Positions 56,225-64,000 of a stretch of DNA of 64,000 nt are shown here, piece by piece; position 1 is the first letter of the stretch, and the number at the start of each line of letters is the position of its first letter. Position numbers and translations under genes: made by a program. The notes beneath the pieces were generated by a model that searched no databases, was not told the DNA's origin, and worked only from the letters and a program-made list of their open reading frames with translations. Location: the NCBI GenBank assembly GCA_000146045.2, contig BK006935.2, forward strand, positions 64,001 to 128,000. Direction: 5' to 3'. This DNA is from TPA_inf: Saccharomyces. Its lineage: Eukaryota.

Positions 56225-59200
56225 ATGCCCTACATCGGTGCTTCCAACCTCTCAGAACATTCATTTGTTAATTTGAAGGAAAAACATGCGATTACACATA
56301 AAGGTACGAGCAGTTCTGTAGCATCTTTGCAGACACCACCGAGCCCCGATCAAGAGAACCATATTGACAATGAATTAGAAAATTACGATACGTCTTTAAG
56401 TGACGTTTCAACCCCGAATAAAAAGGAAGGTGATGAGTTCGAGCAAAGTTTAAGAGATACATTTGCGAGCTTTCGGAAGACTAAACCCCCACCTCCTTTA
56501 GATTTTGAACAACCAAGACTTCCTTCGACAGCTTCTTCATCCGTTGATTCAACCGTATCATCGCCCTTAACGGATGAAGACATAAAGGAGTTAGAGTTTC
56601 TTCCGAATGAATCAACTCATTCTTATTCGTACAATCCACTTTCGCCAAATTCCCTGGCAGTCAGATTGAGGATTTTGAAGAGATCATTGGAAATCATAAT
56701 ACAAAACCCAAGTATGCTACTGGAGCCTACTCCAGATGATTTGCCTCCTTTGAAAGAGTTTGCGGGCCGTAGGAGCAGTTTACCAAGGACATCGGCTTCT
56801 GCAAACCATTTAATGAACAGAAATAAGAGCCAGATTTGGAACACTACTTCCGCTACTTTAAATGCATTTGTAAATAATACCTCTTCCTCCTCAGCAGCAT
56901 CTTCTGCTTTATCTAACAAAAAACCGGGCACCCCAGTTTTCCCTAATTTGGATCCAACACATTCTCAAACATTCCATAGAGCCAACTCGTTGGCTTATTT
57001 ACCTTCCATCTTACCTGAGCAAGATCCGCTGCTCAAACATAATAATTCTTTATTTCGTGGCGACTATGGAAACAACATAAGTCCTGAAAGGCCAAGTTTT
57101 AGACAACCCTTCAAGGATCAAACTAGCAATCTCCGCAATAGCAGTTTACTCAATGAGAGGGCATATCAGGAAGATGAAACTTTTTTACCGCACCATGGAC
57201 CCTCTATGGATCTATTGAATGAACAAAGAGCGAACTTGAAAAGTCTTCTGAATTTATTAAACGAAACACTGGAGAAAAATACTTCCGAGAGAGCTTCGGA
57301 TCTTCATATGATATCGTTGTTCAATTTGAATAAACTAATGCTTGGAGATCCCAAGAAAAATAATTCAGAACGCGATAAAAGAACTGAAAAGCTTAAAAAG
57401 ATTTTGCTGGATAGTCTTGCAGAACCATTCTTTGAGCACTATAATTTTATTGGAGATAATCCGATCGCAGATACAGATGAACTAAAGGAGGAAATTGATG
57501 AATTTACAGGTTCTGGAGATACGACAGCGATAACAGATATACGGCCCCAACAGGACTATGGCCGCATATTGAGGACATTCACTTCTACCAAAAATTCCGC
57601 CCCACAGGCAATTTTTACATGTAGTCAGGAAGACCCTTGGCAATTCAGAGCTGCGAATGATCTAGCGTGCTTAGTATTCGGTATCTCACAGAATGCCATT
57701 CGCGCTTTAACCTTGATGGATTTAATTCACACCGATAGCAGAAATTTTGTTTTACACAAATTACTTTCTACGGAGGGTCAAGAAATGGTTTTCACAGGCG
57801 AAATCATTGGTATAGTTCAACCAGAAACACTCAGCTCATCCAAAGTAGTATGGGCATCGTTTTGGGCAAAAAGGAAAAACGGCTTATTAGTTTGTGTTTT
57901 CGAAAAGGTTCCTTGCGATTATGTTGATGTACTTTTGAACCTGGATGATTTTGGGGCCGAGAATATTGTAGACAAATGTGAGTTATTATCAGATGGACCC
58001 ACATTGTCTTCCTCTTCTACATTATCGCTACCTAAGATGGCTTCTTCACCAACTGGTAGTAAATTAGAGTATTCGTTGGAGAGGAAAATCCTGGAAAAGA
58101 GTTATACTAAGCCTACTTCAACAGAGAATCGCAACGGCGATGAAAACCAACTTGATGGAGATAGTCATTCTGAACCATCGCTGTCATCATCGCCAGTAAG
58201 GTCGAAGAAAAGTGTAAAGTTCGCAAATGATATTAAAGACGTCAAGAGTATAAGCCAATCGTTAGCCAAATTAATGGATGATGTGAGGAATGGGGTTGTA
58301 TTTGATCCCGATGACGACCTTTTGCCTATGCCCATCAAAGTTTGCAACCACATTAATGAAACAAGATATTTTACTCTAAATCATCTATCTTATAATATCC
58401 CATGCGCGGTTTCCTCCACTGTGTTGGAGGATGAGCTGAAATTAAAGATTCACAGTTTACCTTACCAGGCGGGTTTGTTTATTGTGGATTCGCATACTTT
58501 AGATATTGTAAGTTCCAATAAATCTATTTTAAAAAACATGTTTGGTTATCATTTTGCTGAGCTGGTGGGAAAATCCATTACTGAAATAATTCCTTCTTTC
58601 CCAAAATTCCTCCAATTTATAAATGACAAATATCCTGCGTTGGATATCACACTCCATAAAAATAAAGGTTTGGTATTAACAGAACATTTTTTTAGGAAAA
58701 TTCAGGCAGAGATTATGGGTGATCGTAAAAGCTTTTATACGTCGGTGGGTATTGATGGCCTTCATAGGGATGGCTGTGAAATCAAAATTGATTTCCAGCT
58801 GCGTGTCATGAATTCTAAAGTGATTTTGCTTTGGGTTACACATTCGAGAGACGTGGTATTTGAAGAATATAATACAAATCCATCTCAATTGAAGATGCTG
58901 AAGGAGAGTGAATTAAGTTTAATGAGCAGTGCAAGTAGTTCTGCCAGCTCTTCCAAAAAATCTTCGTCTAGGATATCCACCGGGACATTAAAGGACATGA
59001 GTAATCTGTCAACATATGAGGATTTGGCCCACCGAACGAATAAGCTTAAGTATGAAATCGGAGATGATTCTAGAGCACATTCTCAATCTACTTTGTCCGA
59101 GCAGGAACAAGTTCCCCTGGAAAACGATAAGGACAGTGGCGAGATGATGCTTGCAGACCCCGAAATGAAGCACAAGTTAGAATTGGCCAGAATTTACTCA

Positions 59201-60295
59201 AGAGATAAATCTCAATTTGTGAAAGAAGGAAATTTTAAAGTTGACGAAAATTTGATTATTAGCAAAATTTCACTTTCCCCAAGCACTGAATCCTTAGCAG
59301 ATTCTAAAAGTTCTGGGAAAGGGCTTTCTCCACTTGAAGAGGAAAAGCTAATTGACGAAAACGCTACAGAAAACGGATTAGCGGGATCACCTAAAGACGA
59401 AGACGGAATCATAATGACTAACAAGCGAGGAAACCAACCTGTTAGTACTTTCCTACGCACCCCCGAAAAGAACATCGGTGCTCAAAAGCATGTTAAGAAG
59501 TTTTCGGACTTCGTAAGTCTGCAAAAAATGGGTGAAGGTGCATATGGTAAGGTCAACCTATGTATTCATAAGAAGAATAGGTATATTGTGGTGATTAAGA
59601 TGATTTTTAAAGAAAGAATCCTTGTAGATACATGGGTTAGAGATAGGAAATTAGGCACTATACCTTCTGAGATCCAAATTATGGCCACGTTGAACAAAAA
59701 ACCACATGAGAATATTTTACGGTTACTGGATTTTTTTGAAGACGACGATTACTATTATATCGAAACTCCCGTACATGGTGAAACAGGATGTATAGATCTT
59801 TTCGATCTAATTGAATTTAAAACCAACATGACCGAATTTGAAGCAAAATTGATATTCAAGCAGGTTGTAGCGGGAATAAAACATCTACACGACCAGGGTA
59901 TTGTTCACAGAGATATCAAGGATGAGAATGTTATCGTAGATTCTAAAGGCTTTGTTAAGATTATTGATTTTGGATCTGCTGCGTATGTCAAAAGCGGACC
60001 ATTTGATGTTTTTGTTGGGACAATAGATTATGCTGCCCCTGAAGTCTTAGGAGGAAACCCTTATGAGGGCCAACCACAGGATATTTGGGCTATTGGTATT
60101 CTATTGTATACGGTGGTCTTCAAAGAAAACCCCTTCTACAATATAGATGAAATATTAGAAGGCGACCTGAAATTCAATAATGCAGAGGAAGTTAGTGAAG
60201 ATTGCATTGAGTTAATCAAGAGTATTTTGAACCGTTGCGTACCGAAGAGACCCACCATTGACGACATAAATAACGACAAATGGTTGGTTATTTGA
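56225..60295 (+). CDS. PSK1: PAS-domain Ser/Thr kinase Psk1, 1356 aa
   Basis: ORF track 1356 aa. C-terminal kinase domain (GEGAYGKV, HRDIKDEN, DFGSA) and central PAS-like regions. Confidence 0.96.
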   Translation: MPYIGASNLSEHSFVNLKEKHAITHKGTSSSVASLQTPPSPDQENHIDNELENYDTSLSDVSTPNKKEGDEFEQSLRDTFASFRKTKPPPPLDFEQPRLPSTASSSVDSTVSSPLTDEDIKELEFLPNESTHSYSYNPLSPNSLAVRLRILKRSLEIIIQNPSMLLEPTPDDLPPLKEFAGRRSSLPRTSASANHLMNRNKSQIWNTTSATLNAFVNNTSSSSAASSALSNKKPGTPVFPNLDPTHSQTFHRANSLAYLPSILPEQDPLLKHNNSLFRGDYGNNISPERPSFRQPFKDQTSNLRNSSLLNERAYQEDETFLPHHGPSMDLLNEQRANLKSLLNLLNETLEKNTSERASDLHMISLFNLNKLMLGDPKKNNSERDKRTEKLKKILLDSLAEPFFEHYNFIGDNPIADTDELKEEIDEFTGSGDTTAITDIRPQQDYGRILRTFTSTKNSAPQAIFTCSQEDPWQFRAANDLACLVFGISQNAIRALTLMDLIHTDSRNFVLHKLLSTEGQEMVFTGEIIGIVQPETLSSSKVVWASFWAKRKNGLLVCVFEKVPCDYVDVLLNLDDFGAENIVDKCELLSDGPTLSSSSTLSLPKMASSPTGSKLEYSLERKILEKSYTKPTSTENRNGDENQLDGDSHSEPSLSSSPVRSKKSVKFANDIKDVKSISQSLAKLMDDVRNGVVFDPDDDLLPMPIKVCNHINETRYFTLNHLSYNIPCAVSSTVLEDELKLKIHSLPYQAGLFIVDSHTLDIVSSNKSILKNMFGYHFAELVGKSITEIIPSFPKFLQFINDKYPALDITLHKNKGLVLTEHFFRKIQAEIMGDRKSFYTSVGIDGLHRDGCEIKIDFQLRVMNSKVILLWVTHSRDVVFEEYNTNPSQLKMLKESELSLMSSASSSASSSKKSSSRISTGTLKDMSNLSTYEDLAHRTNKLKYEIGDDSRAHSQSTLSEQEQVPLENDKDSGEMMLADPEMKHKLELARIYSRDKSQFVKEGNFKVDENLIISKISLSPSTESLADSKSSGKGLSPLEEEKLIDENATENGLAGSPKDEDGIIMTNKRGNQPVSTFLRTPEKNIGAQKHVKKFSDFVSLQKMGEGAYGKVNLCIHKKNRYIVVIKMIFKERILVDTWVRDRKLGTIPSEIQIMATLNKKPHENILRLLDFFEDDDYYYIETPVHGETGCIDLFDLIEFKTNMTEFEAKLIFKQVVAGIKHLHDQGIVHRDIKDENVIVDSKGFVKIIDFGSAAYVKSGPFDVFVGTIDYAAPEVLGGNPYEGQPQDIWAIGILLYTVVFKENPFYNIDEILEGDLKFNNAEEVSEDCIELIKSILNRCVPKRPTIDDINNDKWLVI

Positions 60296-60513
60296 AGGAT
60301 TAATGATCATTCTAGGACATTAGTAATTGGAAAAGAAAATGCAAAAAAATATCCAGTAGAAACAATGCTTGGTATGTCGTTCTTCTTACTTTCTTCAGTA
60401 ATGAGTTGGTAGTTTTCTCTATTTAAATATGAATAAATCAATATGTACTTTCTTTCTTTAATCAAAATGTTAATATGATAAAAATACAGCATCCAAAGCA
60501 GTTAATCAAGACT

Positions 60514-60524
60514 TAAATATAAAA
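60514..60524 (-). other. Perfect ACS TTTTATATTTA in the PSK1-TPD3 intergenic region. Candidate ARS107 core.
   Basis: The reverse complement of 60514-60524 is 11/11 to WTTTAYRTTTW. Extended context ATTTTTTATATTTAAGT. The location matches my recollection of ARS107. Confidence 0.45.
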
Positions 60525-60878
60525 AATTTACATATTTAGAAAACAAAGATAGGGTAAATATTGAAATTACATAGTAAACCATACCTTAAAAGCAGAAATA
60601 CTGATACCACATGAACTATTGATCAATACTACTGCTATTCTCTTCCTAATGCAAAGAGCTTATTACCATTATTAAATCACTACAGACGATAATACCCGGA
60701 ATGCCCTTTTTGCAGGGAAAGCGAAAAAGGTGAAAGAGTTAACAGGAGAAAGTGTTAGGGAACTAAGTTACGAAGGAAGGCAGATAGCAACAATACTAAC
60801 GTGGAACTTATTTCGACGACTATAACAACTGGTATCTGATTATCGAAGAATAATTGAGTGGTCAGAAAGGAGCGAAAT

Positions 60879-62786
60879 ATGTCTGGAGCAAGATCAACAA
60901 CGGCAGGTGCCGTGCCCTCGGCAGCAACAACATCAACAACATCAACAACGTCAAACTCTAAGGACTCAGACTCTAACGAGTCATTATATCCCTTGGCTCT
61001 GCTTATGGATGAGTTAAAACATGATGATATTGCTAATAGGGTAGAAGCCATGAAAAAACTAGATACCATCGCGTTGGCACTCGGTCCCGAAAGAACAAGA
61101 AACGAGTTGATTCCCTTTTTAACGGAAGTTGCACAAGATGATGAAGATGAGGTGTTTGCCGTTTTAGCCGAACAGTTAGGAAAATTTGTCCCCTACATTG
61201 GCGGTCCTCAATACGCCACAATCCTATTACCAGTTTTGGAAATTTTGGCATCTGCAGAAGAAACTTTGGTTAGAGAAAAGGCCGTAGATTCTCTGAATAA
61301 CGTGGCCCAAGAACTTTCTCAAGAACAATTATTTAGTGACTTCGTCCCTTTAATTGAACATTTAGCTACTGCAGATTGGTTTTCTTCAAAAGTTTCTGCT
61401 TGTGGTCTTTTCAAGTCTGTTATTGTTAGAATCAAAGATGATTCATTGAGAAAGAATATCCTGGCTTTATACTTACAACTCGCTCAAGATGATACTCCAA
61501 TGGTGAAAAGGGCCGTCGGTAAAAACCTGCCCATCTTGATCGATCTGTTGACTCAAAATTTGGGATTATCTACAGACGAAGATTGGGATTACATTTCTAA
61601 CATTTTCCAGAAAATCATTAACGATAATCAAGATTCTGTCAAGTTTCTGGCAGTTGATTGTTTAATTTCCATCTTGAAATTTTTTAACGCTAAAGGTGAT
61701 GAGTCTCACACTCAAGATTTATTGAACTCTGCTGTCAAATTAATTGGTGACGAAGCGTGGAGGGTACGTTACATGGCTGCCGATAGATTTTCAGATTTAG
61801 CCTCGCAATTCAGTTCCAACCAAGCATATATCGATGAATTAGTACAACCATTTTTGAACCTTTGTGAGGACAACGAGGGAGATGTTAGGGAAGCTGTGGC
61901 TAAACAAGTTTCTGGGTTTGCCAAGTTCCTAAATGATCCTTCAATTATATTGAATAAGATCTTACCTGCTGTGCAGAATTTGAGTATGGACGAAAGTGAA
62001 ACAGTGAGATCTGCTTTGGCTTCTAAGATTACAAATATTGTATTACTGTTGAATAAAGATCAAGTCATTAACAATTTTCTTCCGATTTTACTGAATATGC
62101 TAAGAGATGAGTTCCCTGACGTTCGTTTAAATATCATTGCCAGCTTGAAGGTTGTCAATGACGTAATAGGAATTGAGCTGCTATCAGACTCTTTGTTACC
62201 TGCCATAACAGAATTAGCCAAGGACGTGAATTGGAGAGTTAGAATGGCTATAATTGAGTACATACCTATCTTGGCAGAACAATTAGGTATGCAATTTTTT
62301 GACCAACAGTTAAGCGATTTATGTCTTTCATGGTTGTGGGATACTGTTTATTCTATCAGAGAAGCCGCAGTGAATAATTTAAAAAGGTTAACGGAAATAT
62401 TTGGCTCTGATTGGTGTCGTGATGAAATTATTTCAAGACTGCTCAAATTTGATCTACAATTACTGGAAAATTTTGTCTCGAGGTTCACAATACTCTCTGC
62501 TCTAACCACTTTGGTGCCCGTGGTATCGTTAGATGTCGTTACTGAGCAACTATTACCATTCATTTCTCACTTGGCTGATGACGGTGTTCCAAATATTAGG
62601 TTTAATGTGGCCAAATCCTACGCTGTGATAGTGAAGGTTTTAATTAAGGACGAGGCCAAATATGATGCATTAATTAAGAACACAATTTTACCCTCATTGC
62701 AAACGCTGTGTCAAGACGAAGATGTTGATGTAAAATACTTCGCTAAGAAAAGTTTGGCAGAATGTCAAGAACTTTTAAAAAATTGA
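60879..62786 (+). CDS. TPD3: PP2A scaffold (A) subunit Tpd3, HEAT repeats, 635 aa
   Basis: ORF track 642 aa starts at a non-ATG or upstream codon. The true ATG is at 60879 (MSGARSTTAGAV...). Tandem HEAT repeats. Confidence 0.96.
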   Translation: MSGARSTTAGAVPSAATTSTTSTTSNSKDSDSNESLYPLALLMDELKHDDIANRVEAMKKLDTIALALGPERTRNELIPFLTEVAQDDEDEVFAVLAEQLGKFVPYIGGPQYATILLPVLEILASAEETLVREKAVDSLNNVAQELSQEQLFSDFVPLIEHLATADWFSSKVSACGLFKSVIVRIKDDSLRKNILALYLQLAQDDTPMVKRAVGKNLPILIDLLTQNLGLSTDEDWDYISNIFQKIINDNQDSVKFLAVDCLISILKFFNAKGDESHTQDLLNSAVKLIGDEAWRVRYMAADRFSDLASQFSSNQAYIDELVQPFLNLCEDNEGDVREAVAKQVSGFAKFLNDPSIILNKILPAVQNLSMDESETVRSALASKITNIVLLLNKDQVINNFLPILLNMLRDEFPDVRLNIIASLKVVNDVIGIELLSDSLLPAITELAKDVNWRVRMAIIEYIPILAEQLGMQFFDQQLSDLCLSWLWDTVYSIREAAVNNLKRLTEIFGSDWCRDEIISRLLKFDLQLLENFVSRFTILSALTTLVPVVSLDVVTEQLLPFISHLADDGVPNIRFNVAKSYAVIVKVLIKDEAKYDALIKNTILPSLQTLCQDEDVDVKYFAKKSLAECQELLKN

Positions 62787-62902
62787 TACTAGTTCAAATA
62801 TATACATACATACACATATGTACACTTGAATGAATAAAAAGTATACATATTAACAACTAGGCCTGCTTTCTTTTCTTTTCTTTTTTTTTTTTTTTACCAC
62901 AC

Positions 62903-64000
62903 TTAGTCCTCTACTTTAACAGAAATATCATTTTCCAGTTTGACCATAGTTTCTTCAACTGTTTTCTCCTCGTGTTTAACATTGATTTCCGCCTCCACGT
63001 TCAGTTCACGTTTTCCTTCCAGGTATTTCACCCACTTTGGATAACTCATGATATTTTGCTGGATTTCCTTGTACAATTGAGACTGCAAATCCCAATCTAA
63101 GGAGCTTCTGGGATCATCCGGTGGCAAGAATTGTAACATGTCACCAAGGTTCCTCGATTTAGTGATTATTTGTCCAAATCCAACCAGCAACCCATTTATT
63201 TCTGTCCAAAGCCCCTTAGGCAGCCAATTTTGTAATTGAGTTCTTGTCTGATCTGGAGTCTTGCATTTCTGCGCATCTACCCATTTCCAAAGCTTGGTCA
63301 ATCTATCCACGTGAACGTCAACGCAGATACCTTCAATCTTGCCCCATGCCTTTTGTAATGTTAGATAAGCCATTTTGGGCCCTACACCGGGCAGGCCCAA
63401 TAGCTCATTAATCGTAGCTGGAACATCACTCGAAAACTGATCTTGAAGGATTTTGCAGGTTGACAAAATATACTTGGCCTTCCTTGTGTGGAACCCAACT
63501 GAATGAATCAATTCGTCTAATTTGGTCTCATTGATTTGTAAAACGGCCTCTAATGTCATACCTTCTTCGCTGTGCAGTTCGTCTATACAATACCGCATTA
63601 TGTTAAGCATTGCCATTGCGGTAACTTCATCTTTTGTTTGCGATGATAGCATCACCCCAAGAAGGACCTGTAATCTGTAGTCCCTCGGTGATATCTGCTC
63701 TTTCGAGATACCACACTTAGAGGCAACCGTTACAGGAATGGATGATCCACCAATTATATCGACGGGGGCTAGAATCTTAGATCTCAGTACTCGCATTCTA
63801 GCGTATGTTTCTTGAAACTTGTAAGGGACTTTCGTCGAGGCCGGAGTGACAAGGATCGAGGGGTCCAATGGTGTGGCCCACCTGTTGGGCACATTGCCGT
63901 TTCTAACCACAATCCATTCGAAGTACTGCTTATTTGGCAGCGATTTAACCCAGTCGATATCCACGGGTTGAGGGACAACCTCTTCTTGTTTGATTTTGGT
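62903..64000 (-). CDS. NTG1: Ntg1, endonuclease III-like DNA N-glycosylase, C-terminal ~365 codons. The N-terminus lies beyond the window end.
   Basis: ORF track 353 aa with the frame still open to nt 64000. HhH-GPD motif LPGVGPKMA. Confidence 0.9.
   Translation of the reverse strand, partial: TKIKQEEVVPQPVDIDWVKSLPNKQYFEWIVVRNGNVPNRWATPLDPSILVTPASTKVPYKFQETYARMRVLRSKILAPVDIIGGSSIPVTVASKCGISKEQISPRDYRLQVLLGVMLSSQTKDEVTAMAMLNIMRYCIDELHSEEGMTLEAVLQINETKLDELIHSVGFHTRKAKYILSTCKILQDQFSSDVPATINELLGLPGVGPKMAYLTLQKAWGKIEGICVDVHVDRLTKLWKWVDAQKCKTPDQTRTQLQNWLPKGLWTEINGLLVGFGQIITKSRNLGDMLQFLPPDDPRSSLDWDLQSQLYKEIQQNIMSYPKWVKYLEGKRELNVEAEINVKHEEKTVEETMVKLENDISVKVED

Noticed and set aside
60307-61069. 61-aa and 104-aa minus-strand ORFs between PSK1 and TPD3, overlapping the TPD3 start
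   Set aside because: Short and AT-rich, overlapping a probable ARS and the TPD3 5' end. Dubious.

Overview
This window is ordinary, well-characterised Saccharomyces cerevisiae core chromatin: the left arm of chromosome I from inside CDC24 to inside NTG1. By my recollection of S288C coordinates this is chrI:64,001-128,000, but I could not check that against a database. The numbers fit: CDC24 is 854 aa and the window enters it at codon 388. I recognise 26 verified protein-coding genes from their translations: CDC24, CLN3, CYC3, CDC19/PYK1, YAL037W, RBG1, FUN12 (eIF5B), MTW1, FUN19, POP5, PRP45, GIP4, SNC1, MYO4, FRT2, SAW1, DRS2, MAK16, LTE1, PMT2, FUN26, CCR4, ATS1, FUN30, LDS1, PSK1, TPD3 and NTG1. 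Gene density is high, at roughly 1 gene per 2.4 kb, and the region is AT-rich. The only spliced gene is SNC1, with a 113-nt intron that carries a GTAAGT donor and a TACTAAC branch point. I found no tRNA, rRNA, snoRNA, Ty/LTR or CRISPR-like structure. The ORF track allows TTG starts, so several of its ORFs are longer at the N-terminus than the real genes (RBG1, FUN19, PMT2, ATS1, TPD3). I corrected those to the ATG that matches the known protein. Supportable non-coding features are the CLN3 uORF at -315 (ATG-GAT-TTC-TGA); two Mcm1/ECB-like elements far upstream of CLN3; a Rap1 site with a Gcr1 CTTCC box in the CDC19 UAS; two perfect ARS consensus (ACS) matches that coincide with where I remember ARS105 and ARS107; an Abf1-like site in the RBG1/FUN12 divergent promoter; and several simple repeats. 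These are (GA)10, (TTTTG)5, A22/A24 tracts, a 14-bp tandem duplication upstream of DRS2, and CAG/CAA and AAC/AAT runs in CCR4. I see no evidence of a novel or undescribed system, and I do not want to manufacture one. The findings below are modest things worth a second look.
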